A DNA stretch of 64,000 bases, taken from assembly GCA_964252035.1 (NCBI GenBank), contig OZ176203.1; one strand, 5' to 3'. The stretch is from Podarcis erhardii. Lineage: Eukaryota. A program made the translations under genes and the position numbers. This document shows, one piece after another, positions 1 through 14,022 of the stretch (the stretch's first letter is position 1; each line of letters begins with the position of its first letter). The notes beneath the pieces were generated by a model, which did not search any database, was not told where the DNA came from, and saw only the letters and a program-made list of their open reading frames with translations.

Positions 1-243
1 GGGGTGAGCTCCTGTTGCTCAGCCCCTACTCCTGCGAACTTAGCAGTTCGAAAGCACGTCAAAGTTCAAGTAGATAAATAGGTACCGCTCCGCCACGAAG
101 GTAAACAGTGTTTCCGTGCGCTGCTCTGGTTCGCCAGAAGCGGCTTAGTCATGCTGGCCACATGACCCAGAATAAAGCGAGATGAGCGCCGCAACCCAGA
201 GTCGGCCACGACTGGACCTAATGGTCAGTGGTCCCTTTACCTT
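1..243 (+). mobile_element. Sauria SINE, cut by the window edge
   Basis: Body motifs gttcgaaagcacgtc...agataaataggtacc...gcttagtcatgctggccacatgacc and a (cctttac)n tail, shared with five other copies in the window. Confidence 0.9.
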
Positions 244-1539
244 TATGCGTATGTAAACATTATATGCATGCTAGATAAAGTCATGTTCCTTTAAATATAA
301 TAATATGCTCTATCTAAGTATATGCATTCCATTCTAGCAAGATGTAAATAGGAATAAGTATCTGGAAGGTTTGTTTCATGTGTATGCTGCCTCATAACAC
401 AGAGTTCTCTGGGCTGCTAACAGATTACAAATGAAAACAGTTGAAATGCAAGTAAAACATCAAGACATTAAAAGAGAACGGAAGTACTACGGTATGTAAA
501 TAGAACAAAGCAGAATTCATCACATGCTCCAAATTAAGAACAGACCACAAATGTCTTCACAAAGATGACACAAGAAAGTCCCTAGGAAGGCTATTCCATA
601 ACCAGGGTGCGACTTTTGAAAGGGGCCTTTTGCGGGTGGCTGCCTACCTCAGTTTATTCAGTGGAGGAACCTTGAGCAGGGTCTCCAAAGAGGATATTGG
701 GAATAGGTGCTTTTGGGTGCTTATGTATACTTGAATAGACACATGCCATACACTGAACATAAATTTTCATCTAGCTGTATCAACTTTACAGAAATGTAGA
801 TGAGTATGATCTTTATGGTTATTTGTCCAGTTATGCCAATAAAGCACAGACATATTTCCGAAAGAGAAGAAAGGCTTAGAAACCAACAGGTGTATTGTGG
901 CATCAGCTCCTCTGGGTTAAACAGCCAATGAAAGTTTTGGGAAATTACAGCTGACTTTTTGAGAGCTATGTGTGAGTGTGACTGCAGAGAAATGCCCAAA
1001 GATTGTTGTTGAAGAGTTCCCATGTGTGTGCCTAAACATATTGTCTTCATGCTAGAGTTTGTCAATTTCCTCCTCTCAGTAGTGCAGCCATGAACATACC
1101 CTGAACACTGTAAATGGTAGAGCTTTTGCAATACTAAACTTTTCTATCTGGATTCACATTCACTGTTCAAAATATGGCAACCCTATGTCAGCACTGGCAG
1201 CTGATAGCTACTGGTGGTGGGATGTGCATGTAGGACCTCTGAATTTTGGAGGTGGTGGTGTTTCTGTGTTTTTGTTTCTGATCACCTCAGCCCTCTGTGT
1301 TTTCCTTTGGATTTTGGCCTTTATTTCTGTCAGAAGCAGATAAAAGAGAAGAATGTACTTTGACTGAACATTATATGTACTAGGTAGTCATTCACTTTGT
1401 TGGAAGATGGGAATAGACCCAGTCTAGTACTACTATCTGCTTAAACAAGTGCTATTACTGAGGGGAGGAAATAAAAGTGTATGCCTTTACGTACCAGGAG
1501 GGGACTTGGAGAAGGGCTTTTTTGAAGATCTCGGTGAAA

Positions 1540-1819
1540 ATTGTTGAGTTGGAAGGGACCTTGAGTATCATCTAGTCCAGCCTTTCTCAACCTTGGGTCC
1601 CCAGATGTTGTTGAACTACAACTCCCATCATCCCTAGCTAGCAAGGCCAGAGCTCAGGGATGATGGGAGTTGTAGTCCAACAACATCTGGGGACCCAAGG
1701 TTGAGAAACACTGATCTAGTCCAACCCCCTGCAATGCAGGAATATACAGCTGTCCCATACGGGGATTGAACCTGCAACCTTGGCATTATCAGTGCCATGC
1801 TCTAAGCAACTGAGCTATC
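1540..1819 (-). mobile_element. Squam3-type tRNA-derived SINE with CR1-like 3' tail, interrupted by a hAT MITE
   Basis: The minus strand reads gatagctcagttgcttagagc (A box)...ggttcaatcccc (B box)...cctgcattgcagggggttggactagat...ggtcccttccaactc (CR1 3'-end motif). Confidence 0.85.
1578..1713. mobile_element. hAT (Charlie-like) MITE, 136 bp, almost fully palindromic
   Basis: TIRs run cagcctttctcaaccttgggtcccc... / ...ggggacccaaggttgagaaacactg. A perfect 8-bp TSD atctagtc is at 1570-1577 and 1714-1721. Confidence 0.92.
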
Positions 1820-4800
1820 TCCCACCCTTCATCCAAAGATCTCAGGGTGGCTCACAAGAATCAGGGATGGAAAGAGCTGTAGCCCTGGAGGGCATCTTGT
1901 TAGCTTCTCCTGCCTTTGGAAATGAATGTATACGTCATTCAGGCCTTTAGAGGTTAAAAACAGCACTTGGTATTATATTACTGTTGGTTTTGGATTACTT
2001 CAAAAATCCTATTTTCATTTTCAATATATCTTTAACTCAAAATCAACTTACCATCCAATTGAGTTCACGCAGATGATGCTCTTACCCCAGAGTACTCTGC
2101 TGGGTGATAAAGTCAGTTTGATGCATTGCTGGAATACAACTGTGAAATAGCTCTATCAGCATGTTTCAAGCAGCTGTGGTCCCTCCAACTGCAAGCAGCA
2201 AGTCTCATTGAAAACATGAGATAAGAAGGACAGTTTCACTGTCTTGTGGAAGGTAGAAAAGCCCTGTTGCACTGTCAGAGGGAGGGAAAGCCTGTGTGGT
2301 TATGGGCCAAGACTGAAGCATTGCTATAAATGAACTATTGTGAGCATCAGGACAAATTGCTCTGGTTTGCCTTGGATAGATATACTGTACGTGCAGTTTA
2401 TCAGGCAACACTGTCTCTGTATGCAAAATATCTTTCCCATGAGACCTTGCAAAAAGAAAAGAAAAAATCAAGTCTTTCTAAGTGCAGTAATTGTGAGCTA
2501 CTGAGCTATGTAAACTAAAACTTCCCATAAATTCACCAATAAACTAAAGACTGTGCCTCTATTGTCTGCCTTTTAGCAGATTGTTATACACCACAATTCC
2601 CTAAGAGGTCTATGCAGTATAGGCCCTGCTTTATAGCTTCACAGAGATAGATAGTGGTGTTCAAAATTAGCACTTCATGTATGCTAATCAGCCTGCTTAA
2701 CACTGTCCAGTTCTAGAACAATGAATCAATGTTCACAAACAGAATAGTACGGAACAAGTGATGAGAGTGCCTTTAAGGATCAGAGCAGATAGCAGCCAGG
2801 AAGTATCAGGTCTGCTGAAGTGATAGTCTCCTAACATCTAACAATAATATATTGATAGTGCCCTGCACCCCACCCCAGTCCTATCTGTTATTTGACAGTC
2901 TGAATCTGGATCGCTCTATAAGATTTAGTCCATAAAATGCATAACACATTGCAGATGTAATGTTATTAAGAAAAAATTCTTCGGATGAAGAACACATTAT
3001 TGCATTTATGTCTTGCCTTTCCAGCAAGTGGCTCATGGCAACCTACTGGTTCTTCCCTTCCTGATTTTATCATCACAATAATCCTGTAAGGTAGGTTAGG
3101 CATAGATAGGTGGGAATTTGAACCTGTCTACCTAGTCCTAGTCAAACACTCCAGTCACTATACCAAACTGGTGCTTGAGAAACAGCAGGAAGGTTAATCA
3201 GGTGGAAAGAAGTCTAGTTGTAAATCCCAGTAAGGAGTAGATAACACACTTCCCATACTCATTTTAGAACAGATGTGCTTTTTGTGTTTTCAGATTTTTT
3301 TGGGCACCAGTTTTGTCTTTCTGGTCTGGCAGCTGAAAAGAGGAAATGAAGTGGATGGGGGGAGTCTCTGGGCTAACCATGATCAGCAGTCACACTGTAA
3401 ATGTCTATCCAATCAAGGAGGGCACAACAACTGCAGAGGTCTCACTTTGCTCTGCAAATTGTGGCGTCTCGGTGCTTACAGGCAGCGTGCTTTCTGTCAA
3501 TCAGTCTGTGACAGATAACACTTGGCTCCACGAGTACTTAATTCCCTCCATGCTCAGTGTGAACTGAACAGAGTAGAAAATCAGTGTCAAGTAAAGGTGA
3601 GAAAGCGGGACGGAGAATTTATCCTAATAAATGAAAAGCTAGATGTAAACATAAACGCTCTGGCCAAATGCTTAGAAGTTGCAGTGATGTGGTGTGACAT
3701 GGAAGAGCCTGTGATTGACTTAAAGACTGACATAAATAAAATGACATGATAAAAAAATTACAGGGAGAGGATATTCTTGTAAGGAAAACAAATCTGACCC
3801 TGGAAAACCAGAATGGAATTAAGTTTTGAAACAATATAAGAATGAACAAGAGAAATAATATGCCTATGCAGACTACTGATAAAGCATCCTGGTGGAGTAG
3901 AATTGGAGAAAGGAAAAAGACTTGACTTGGTGCAGTTTTGCAAGCAAAGGAAAGGCAGGCTTGGTGCCATGATGTGTTCCCTATCCATAAACACATCCCA
4001 AAGGGTGTATGATCTACCCCTGATGTAGATCCAACCATGTGTGCAACTGCAAAGATGTGACAGGAGGTGGGGTTAGTATAGAGGTGGACTTAGGACAGTG
4101 TGACTGGTTCACTTGTACTGGGCGCCAAGCCGAGAGGGTGCCACAGGGAGCACTGCAATAATGATAAACAACGGAAGGCAAGAGGTGGGGGGGGGGGTCT
4201 GAATTTGGCATCCCACAGGGTGCTGCTGAAATTCTAAAGCCAAAAGTCTGCCTCTGGTTTGTAGGTAAACTTTAGAAGACGAACAGCAACAGTGGGGAAT
4301 CTGTTGAAGGTTCTTGCTGCTTCTAGGAAACCTTTACACCAGAAGAAAATTACTTAGCCTTTGTTAATCAAGTAGAGAGCTCAGGCAATGGTCTAGCCGA
4401 GCATTTTTCAGGGGGAAGAACAATTTATTTAACAACCTAGAATTGTATTGGCATAAATTGGCACTACTACATGTGCCACATAATGCCTGTTCCGCTTACG
4501 TTTTAACGTATGGTTTTGAATTTTTCTTGGTTTTATTATTTTATCTTTTTGTAAACCACTTTGAGGAGGGTTGTTTGTTTGTTTTTTGGTACAATCAAGT
4601 GGTGTATATGTTTTATTAAATAAATAAATGAGGTTTTTAATGAGAAACTGGCAAGGACAGGAGATAAGTAAGCATGGTGGTTTGCATCTGTCTAGAAATA
4701 ATCCGCAGAAGCTCCTTGGAAAGAAATCACTATATGCATGTACATCTGCATAAGAAAGTGGAAGCTGTGAACGTGGTTGCATATGTCACTTGCTACGGAT

Positions 4801-6061
4801 TTATGTGCAAAAATAAATAAAATCTAAGCTTGAGCAGTTTTGGTTGGAGCCTATAACATGTAGACATGCTTCTATATTTACATATACCTTCTTACCTACT
4901 CTTAAGAGCCTGATCCTATGAGCTGCTGCAGTAACAATAATTCATAGAATCAGGTGGTAGTTCCTCATAGAGACATATTCTTTCCTATTAGGATTATTTA
5001 TTAGATTTCTTACCCACCCTTCACCATAAGGTCCCAGGATGGCTTATAACCTTGCTAATATGCAATATTATGACTGGTTAAAATGATTTACAATTTCCTA
5101 GTACCAGTGCTTGTACACAAGCAACCATTGGGGCCACTGTGTCAAAACTCTTCCTCACCCTTCCTGGCACAACTGTGCTGGCGTAAATTCCTCTGATGAG
5201 GTCAGTCACAGCTAGGAGTCCTCATCCAAAGCATGTCTGGGTGTTGTGCATTTTATATACTGAGAGGTTCTCCAGGTTTTCATTTCAAAGCATGCGCCCA
5301 CCACATTGCAGTGTCCGCAGGATAGTTCTGCAAGTTCCACTGCAAAGGCAGTAAGTCTTGATGTAATGATGTGGATTTGGAGAGAGTGCTACTACAAGAT
5401 GGGTGGCTTTGTTGGGCGGTACAAGGGACTACTAAAACTAGTTCTCCTTTTTTGAAAAAAGGTTGGCTCTGATCACAAGAAATTCAGTGTGTAGCCCGCA
5501 AAGAACAGATTTGTATGGGAGTTGTAGCTGACTAGTCTCAAGGCAACATCTAAAAAAGTCCATTGTCAGCTTTCCTTCAGTAGAAAGGCCAGCTAAATTA
5601 TCAAGACAAACTCTGAAGACTGCAGGCTTGAAACTGGGCCTTCAGATTAATCTGTTTTGGCTCCTGTGCAAATTCCCTCTTTGAAATACAGAGCATTAGT
5701 ACTTGGGTCACAACATGGCATGAACAGCGATAGGTGGGTTGGGACTTGTCCCTTGAAATCAATGATGTTATATGGAGACTATTCAGTAGGTGCTAGGCGA
5801 AAGCACATTTTATACACCTTTGCCAAATCAGATTGGCCTTAAGGCTGGTAAAAGAATAGCAGTTTCACAACAATGAATTGCTGGGGAAATGTGCTACCTT
5901 TTGAAAATGTGATATCTTTAGAAGTATTTCCTTAAGAGAAGGCATTTAGGTCTGGCACACAAAATGAAGAAACATTGTGCTATAAACTAGAAAGGTCGTA
6001 AGTGGTTTGCCTTGGTTTTAAAATGACAAAACAGCCTGTCCTTTCCTTACTTAGCATGGTT

Positions 6062-6370
6062 AAAAAGGTAAAGGTACCCCTGTCCGTACGGGCCAGTCTT
6101 GACAGACTCTAGGGTTGTGCGCTCATCTCACTCTAGAGGCCGGGAGCCAGCGCTGTCCGCAGACACTTCCGGGTCACGTGGCCAGCGTGACGAAGCTGCT
6201 CTGGCGAACCGGCACCAGAGCAGCACACGGAAACGCCGTTTACCTTCCCGCTATAAAGTGGTACCTATTTATCTACTTGCACTTAAGGGTGCTTTCAAAC
6301 TGCTAGGTGGGCAGGAGCTGGGACCGAACGGTGGGAGCTCACCTTGCCGCGGGGATTCGAACCGCCGACC
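6062..6370 (-). mobile_element. Sauria SINE (cccgtacgggccag subfamily), slightly 5'-truncated
   Basis: The + strand starts with aaaggtaaaggtacccc (reverse complement of the tail) and carries the typical body. It is near-identical to 20133-20320. Confidence 0.92.
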
Positions 6371-8289
6371 ATGCAAATAAATAAATAAATAAAGTTGTAT
6401 GTGAACACTAGCAGGAAGTGCCCCAAACTGCCCAGGATTTTTTTAGAAACCAAACAATATTGTGATTGTATAATTGTATGAGTTTGGGCCTGTCATACCA
6501 AAAATTAGGTGAATTCAAACCAAAGTCACATTTCGGTTCAGCATCTTGAATCAAAATGGTGCCTGGCATCCAAATGTCAACAAAAACTGCCCCCACCACA
6601 GGAACCCTTGTGCCAGGCTTGGCAATGATATCTCAAAAGGCAGCTGGATCTATGCCAAAAAGCAGGCTAAGTCACACCAAAGTGATGTTTCAGTTCATGG
6701 TCTTGATTCAATGTCCAAATATTGACAGACACCCCTCCCCCCGCCACCTTGAAAAGCCTTGTGCTGAGTTTAGCAACAATAGCTCAAGTAGTATCCCAAC
6801 CTATAGATAAAAAAACAGACAGACAAATCACTTTTTAAAAGAAATATGGTAGATGTAAGTGGACCTTTGCTATAGCAGGCTCCTTAGTTCAGAACTCTCC
6901 CTGCAATTATTAATCATTGTTGATAACAATAGAATGAATTTTGTTTTTTTTGTTTTTTGCATGGAATTCTGTATGGGATTCTCACTGTTATAGCACTGTT
7001 GATGAAAGAAGCTACATTAGCAAAATAATTTTTTTATGAGCAAATACTAAAGCACAGGAACTTTGTCCCATACTAGATCCATATTCCCACACTCTGAATT
7101 AATTTGCCCTTTAAAAATACAAATGTCTGCTGAAACATAAGACAGTTGAAAGCCTTTCTATATTTACCAGAAGTTATGTAAATTTCAACGTAGATCAAAA
7201 TTTGACTATAAATTTGGCTATATATAATTTCCTTAGAAATAATTGGCTTGCTGGACTAGATAATGCACGCTTAACAATGGTTCATGCACTGAAACAAAAT
7301 TGTACGTTTATCTGCTTCTAGTCCTGCACAGAAGATCTGGAACTTGACAGAAAGGGAAGCAGCAGTGCAAGGGATGATCTGTGTGTGAATTGACCGACTC
7401 CAAAGTACTAATCTGGGAGGTGAGAAGGAGGTGAAATTGTTCTCTAGTCGGGCAGAAAATACCTTTGGACCATGAAAAGCACTCTAGGTGGGGAAAAGTG
7501 CATGAAAAGTGTGTCAAAATGAGAGTTATGAACAGAGTCAATACAAAACCATGGGTAAAATCTGTTCAATTTAATGGAACATTAATTTGACATTCTGGAC
7601 TGGATATTTCACAGGGCTTTTATTGAGAAGTGCAACTCAGGAGTGGGCCAGACCAATTTAGACATTTTAGTGATATTTTTAAAGAAACGCCAATAAACTC
7701 CCACTCCGCTACCATTCTTTCTGCATTAAAATGCTAGTTTCAGATTCAGACTTTGCATGCATGTGATACAAGTTGTCATTTATTTATGAAATTTCTAGCT
7801 TGTTCTTCATTAAAATAATTCCAGAGTTGGGTACAATATAATAAAATAATAACACCAAAAGTATATAAAAACCAATATGGTACAGCAGTAGTAACAAGCA
7901 GCGAAGGCAAGCTTGTCTATTTCCACCAAGGAAGACCTTGGCAAATAAATATACTTTTAACTGACACTGGAAACTATCATAGCACCAGTCAAACCTGGGA
8001 GGGCATTCTGTTATTGGAGTGCCATTATTGACCATGCCCTCTCATGTGTTATTGTACAGTGGATGTTCAGCAGATGCTGTATAGTTAAGGGGACATCGCT
8101 GTCTGATTATAACATATAGGCAGATATTGAGACGTGTAAGACTTTATATGCCCAAACATGCACTTTTGCTCAGTAGCAAGTAGTGCTACTCCTTCAGAAT
8201 GGGTATAATATGTTATTGGCAAGTTGTCCAAGTTAACAGCCTACCCACCATGTTCTGCACTGACTGTAGCTTCCAAACCAAGCCGAAAG

Positions 8290-8490
8290 ACAGCACCATG
8301 AAGAGCACATTGCAGTAATCCAGTCATGAAGTTACCAGTGAATGGATCATTTTGGCCAAGAACAGTCATAGGTAATGTACTGGCCAAAGTTGGTTAAGGT
8401 TAGTTTGTCTCTGTCAACAATAATGGATCTAGAAGAACCTCCAAACTATGTGCCTACTCCTAAAGGGGGAGTTCAGCCCCATCTAGAACA
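8290..8490 (-). mobile_element. Degenerate L2 LINE ORF2 fragment
   Basis: The minus strand encodes IHSLVTS*LDYCNV, matching the L2 motif VHALVTSRLDYCN. Confidence 0.65.
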
Positions 8491-8689
8491 GTTTTCCACC
8501 CATCCACAGTTAGCTATGGGCAGCTGGGTTCTACAGTAAGCTCACAACTCGGCGGGGGTTCCATTCCGGACACACCTAAAGCCAATTCTATCTGGCTTGC
8601 TCAGTAATTCATGTGAGTGATAATTAGAGAGCTGCAGCTTCCAGCACAGCCTCAAGGGCAGACTCACATGGAGTTCATTGCTGTAAAAA

Positions 8690-8870
8690 CTATCAATGGC
8701 TACTAGTCCCAGTGGCTATATTGTACTCCACTTGTGGAATCGGCATGTTTCTGAATACTGGGAATCACAGGTAGGGAGAGCACTAAGGTTTTCTGCTTAT
8801 GGGCTTCTGTTCTGGTTGGCCACCTGTGGGAATAGTGTTGGAATAGATGGGCTCTTCTTGTGTGCTTCTG
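8690..8870 (+). mobile_element. Old CR1 3'-end fragment
   Basis: ctatcaatggctactag...tttctgaatactgg...tggttggccac...agatgggc resembles the other CR1 3' ends in the window. Confidence 0.6.
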
Positions 8871-11800
8871 AGTGCTGTTATGTATTCCTCTTCAGGGTGA
8901 ATTTTGTGCAGAACACAAGATTTCGGCTGTCTAGTTAAGTGATTTATTTTATTTAAATTTTGTTTCTTAGTTTGCTTTGCTTCTAGTACTAGGACTCACC
9001 AAAGGGCACAGGACTCCTATATGCCTAGATTTGTCTTTATTATTGTTCTTATTCGCGTGTTTCCACATTTCCTTTCTCAAGCTTACAAGTTGATTTTGTG
9101 TGCACATGAAACTTGCGTCTTGGGAAAACTCAACTAGAAACTGCAGGAAAGGGCAACCTCTGGAATTTTTTACTATTGGACTTCCTCCTGCTGGACCGAG
9201 GGGATTATTATCTGTTCTGAACTGGCATCTAATAAGTTGAGGAAGACAACCAACAGATAAGAGGAAGGGACCCAGCTGTTTTCATCTAGCCATGGAGAGA
9301 GATGTACAGTATTGCCCCAGGCCAAGCAGGAAGAACATTTTTTAACTAATTAGTTGCATTTGGCTTTTATTTTTAGATGTAGTGTTGTGGTAACCATAAT
9401 ATCAGCATTTGGTATTTTTCAAAGTATGATGCCAATTCTGTTAAATTGTCTTTGTTTAAATCCCTTTCTGTTCTCATTGAAAGGATTGCCTTTCTGACAA
9501 GAGTAGTAGCACTTTAGAACACTCTCATATCATTTTGTAGTATTAAATAAAAATATATATGGATAAAAAAGAAAAATAGAAATCAGGTTCTGATAATTTT
9601 ACTTCTTTATGTTCATTGCTTTGTAGTAGAATATCAATCTGCCTTAAAGTTTCATACCCAGAACAGAAAGATCTCTGCTATTGATTACCAACAGGACAAG
9701 CTTTTTCCTTTGACAGGATACCTGTGTTTCTGCTCAGTTCTGCTATAGTCTCAACCCTTTGCCATTTCTGCTTTTCTAAACTGCACTTTGAAAAATATTC
9801 AACTGAAATTAGAGTGGCTGCTCTAAAGATTTCTCATATCTGAAAGGGAATATTATATATCAGTTAGCCAGGAAGTTACAGGATTTGGTATTTATGAAGG
9901 CACTTATGCTTCCATAAATAATTTCATTAATTGAAAATGCAATGCTGCTTCCTGTTTTCCAAGGGATGTCTGGAATTCTAGTGGTATTTCATGTAAGGTT
10001 GTTGAAGAAGTTTGCATACTTTGTGTTGAAATGGGGAGAATGTACAGTCATGCCTAGTCTATAAGATTGATTTGTAACCAACAAAGGAAATGTCTACTTA
10101 TGAGACACAAATCAATGTAACCAGGCTGTGAAAGTGCAGACAGAGATGTGAGAAAATTATTTGATCATTAGTCTTTCTTGGAAAAGAAAGGGGACCAAAT
10201 TCTTACCTCATTTGCATGGATACTTTTCTACTAAAATCAATCGGGCATATGCCTACATACCCAAGAAGAGAATTTAGCTCTGATTCTAGGAGATTTCAAA
10301 ATAATGTATATTAGAAAAGGGTTGCACTGACTTCAGTTTTGTGCAGTCTATTTTTACTTTTTCTGGACTCACCAAGGGTTATTCACGTTTTAAGTGTACA
10401 AGGCAAGAGTGCGTTGCCAAGTTTGTGTTAATCTGTGCTATGTTGTCCTGAGTATGTACTCTTGCTTAACAATATGACAAATGCTTTGCCATCTCAGAGC
10501 AAGGTACAGGTCGTATGGAACCATGACACTAGGTGGTCAGATGGAAATTGGCCATTGGTTGGCCATTTGAACTAAATGAAAAGTTCAGCATTTTCTGAGG
10601 GAAAGTTCAGTAAACGGTGTGTGAGGCGTTTTTTGATCTCAAATATGAGCCCGTGTTACTTCATAATTATTGGTGCCATAGTGTGTCTGTTCTCTAAATA
10701 TAGAATTCTGTCATTTTATGAAGAACTCACTGTATGTGAAAATATCTATTTTTCACATTTGGTATTAAAATGACATGTGTGAATGTTGTTACTGTTGGGT
10801 AAAATGCAGAAAATAATTTAATGTACATTCCTAGCCAATGTAGGTTTTATATTTGCTTGGTTCAAATTTAAATCAATTTAATCCTCAAGTGTGTAAAAGT
10901 CCTTACATTTCTTTCTAATCTGATCTGGAAATATTATTTGATGCCTAAAGGCTTATCTTCACATGTGACTATATCAATTCTATTCATTTCATATGTTTCT
11001 TTTTGTGTTTGCTTTGCTTTTCTGTGCATTCCTGTAGCTAGGTATGTCAACATAGGTGCATTTGTTCAAAAATTCCTCAATTTGTTCCACTACCTTTCCT
11101 TTAAGAAAAGTATTGTTATTGCAATGGCTCATCAGAAAAAGCAAAATATGCAATTCCTTTACACTACTTCCAAAATATAAGTATAGTCCCCAACACTTAA
11201 TTTTTGTTGTGTATTTCTCACATTGCTTTATCACATAATCTGGTGAATTAGGAGGGAGATGGACATACGTGGCTTAATTATTTAATATTTATGTGCACTG
11301 GTTTGGTTCGGTTCTGGCAAGTTTACTCTTCTTATACCAGTCCATGGATCAGTTTAGGCACATAATACTAGGTTAACAAGGCTGGCACAAACAAGGCCTC
11401 CTTATTTCACCTAGATTTTTAAACAATTAATAGCAGTTTCTTGAAGCAATTGGGCTCACATCCAGCTCAGTTAAAATTACTGCTGTATATATATTATATA
11501 CCAGTCATACTGTTTTCATTATCTTTTCTTTTCTTTTCTTTTCTTCTCTCTGTCTCTTTCCCTCTCTTGTGGTTGGTGAATGTTAGAACTGAGACAGAGC
11601 TATCCAAAGCACTTGCTCCCAAGTGTCAAACACAGATAGTATTTACCCCTGGGTAAACTTTGTGTCATGATCTTTTAAGTTAAGAATCTTTGTGTCAAGA
11701 ACTGCTGTTATATAATACATGTTGTCGTCTGGAGTGAGGCACAGTTGTGCATATTTATCTGGTTTACTTTGCAGTGCGTCATTTCAAGTGGTGAAAAACA

Positions 11801-12377
11801 TAGTACGGGAAATTGTGTACTTATTTTTGTGACTTATGCAACTCCCAAGTAGAATATGTTCTTGACACCAGATGGTAAAGCAGAATAAGTTGCAAGTTTC
11901 GTTTTCCAGATGCAGTGATGTTTCTTGCCTACTTGAAGTCAGTTCAGTCGGCTTTGCAAACTTTCGTCCAAAGTTTTGTTTTGACTTATTGCCATGCAGC
12001 TTTCAAGACTATTTGCAGAACTCGCAACTGAAGCAAGAAATAGAGGATCCTAGGTTGGGGCTGAATTAAAGATTACACTACATATGTTGTAGTGCAGAGC
12101 TGGGGTACCTCCTGCCACGCAACTATCTAATGTAATTAATTAGAATGCTGCCATGGATAAAGCTGTGGGCCTCATTAAAATTTCCCCACATCTAAGAACA
12201 CATGTTTAGAACAGGATGGCATTTCCTTTTTCATATCATAGGGAAGCTATATTTCGGGTTTGGAAAAAAAAAGTAATTGGAACAGAATAATTGTATTCAG
12301 AAAAGAGGAAAGGATATCTGTGTCCCTGTCTCCATGCTATCTCTTTCTGGTTCTGGGATTTTAGGTATTGGGACTAT

Positions 12378-12720
12378 AAAGGTAAAGGGACCCCTGACCA
12401 TTAGGTCCAGTTGCGGACGACTCTGGGGTTGCGGTGCTCATCTCGCTTTCTTTGCTGAGGGAGCTGGCGTACAGCTTCCGGGTCATGTCGCCAGCATGAC
12501 TAAGCCGCCTCTGGAGAACCAGAGCAGTGCACGGAAACGCCATTCACCTTCCTGCCAGAGCGGTACCTCTTTATCTACTTGCACTTTGACATGCTTTCAA
12601 ACTGCTAGGTTGGCAGGAGCAGGGACCGAGCAATGGGAGCTCACTCCGTCGCGGGGATTCGAACCGGCGACCTTCTGATCGGTAAGCCCTAGGCTCAGTG
12701 GTTTAGACCACAGCGCCACC
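12378..12720 (-). mobile_element. Sauria SINE, essentially full length
   Basis: The tail reverse complement aaaggtaaagggacccctg is at the left. The head reverse complement ...gtggtttagaccacagcgccacc is at the right. Confidence 0.93.
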
Positions 12721-13789
12721 GGCAGTAAATAAACAAAAGAGCTATGTGCACCCATAATATTATTCAACAAAAGACTTCCGGCTCTGTGAAAAAGAATGTA
12801 CTTATTAGTATATAAGAGAAACAATTTGAACCAAAATAAAATGCTGTGTTACAGGTGTGAGCTGCTTTCAGCTTAACTTTGTTTGAAAAGCAGCATATTG
12901 TATGTGAAATCAACTCAAAAAAGAACTGTCATGTCCTCAAGAGTTCTGCATTAATTTAGAGTGTGTATGTTTGCTCAAAGGTAAATCTTACTTGTGGGTA
13001 AGTGCCACTGTATTCACGGGCTTGACTTATTCAGTGCATAGAATGGAAAACAATTTGACAATGTGGAGGTAGCATTAGTTAAGTAACTTGGAGACCTTTG
13101 TGTAGCAAGTGACTAACCAGTCTTCTTATTCATCTTCTTTTAAAAAATTCCCCATAGCTCAAAATATGATAGTATATAGTTTTATCCTTTGCTTCTGCAG
13201 AGTGTAAGGCAGAGCTATAAAAATGTTACCATTACTTTCTTCGGTGAGGCACTGAAAGTCATATGAGACAGCATATACAGTATGTATGTCTGGGACGAAG
13301 GCAGATTTTGTACCTGAAAATGTCTTGCTATTATTAGATGTTCAGTTACCAGGGGGTATGTAAGACAACTGAAGCTCTGTTTTTAACAGAGACATTATTC
13401 ATGCTACTTGTAACAGTAACCACCTCCAAATGAAACACAGACAAAAGTCTGGAGAAATCAATGTCAGCGGAGTACAGCCATTCTCCTGATACCTTCTGCC
13501 TCTCATGTAGAGCTCTCGGGTTATTGAGACTGGAGATTACTTCTAATTCTGGATCTCTTGAAGTCTTCAAAACTCAATAAAATGATGCATCTCTCACTGG
13601 CTTTCTGTTGGAGAGATTCTGTCTGCAGGAGCTGCAGCTATAGATTGAAGTCAGTTCTTTTAACATTAGTCCTTTGTTACAAAAAGTGAGGCTGAAGCAG
13701 AATTATCAATGCTGGGTGATACCCAACTAATACATACTTAGAGTAGACACATGGTTTTCAGTGGGTCTACTCTACTCGTGAGTTTGACA

Positions 13790-13968
13790 GATCTCCACCG
13801 TTGGAGGCAATATGTTTCTGAATACCAGTTGTTGGAAACCGTAGGAGGGGATAGGGCTGTTGTGTACATCTCCTTGTGAGATTCCCAAAGACACTGTGGC
13901 CAGTGTAAGAACAGGATCCTGGGCCACATGGGCCACTGGCCTGATCCAGCAGGCTTTTCTTATATTAC
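13790..13968 (+). mobile_element. CR1 3' UTR fragment
   Basis: ggaggcaatatgtttctgaataccagttgttggaaacc...aacaggatcctgg...atgggccactggcctgatccagcaggct...cttat is the characteristic squamate CR1 3' end. Confidence 0.75.
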
Positions 13969-13986
13969 CAACTGTGTATTTTCAGT

Positions 13987-13987
<1 letters not shown>

Positions 13988-14022
<35 letters not shown>

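Noticed and set aside
1745-1819. tRNA gene
   Set aside because: It has A and B boxes but no proper acceptor stem, and it runs directly into a CR1-like tail, so it is a SINE head.
5190-5230. Second hammerhead (ctgatgagg...)
   Set aside because: There is no GAAA box after the hairpin and no stem I or III, so only the first core box is present.
10526-10541. CTCF-like motif acactaggtggtca
   Set aside because: It mismatches the core at two informative positions and has no other support.
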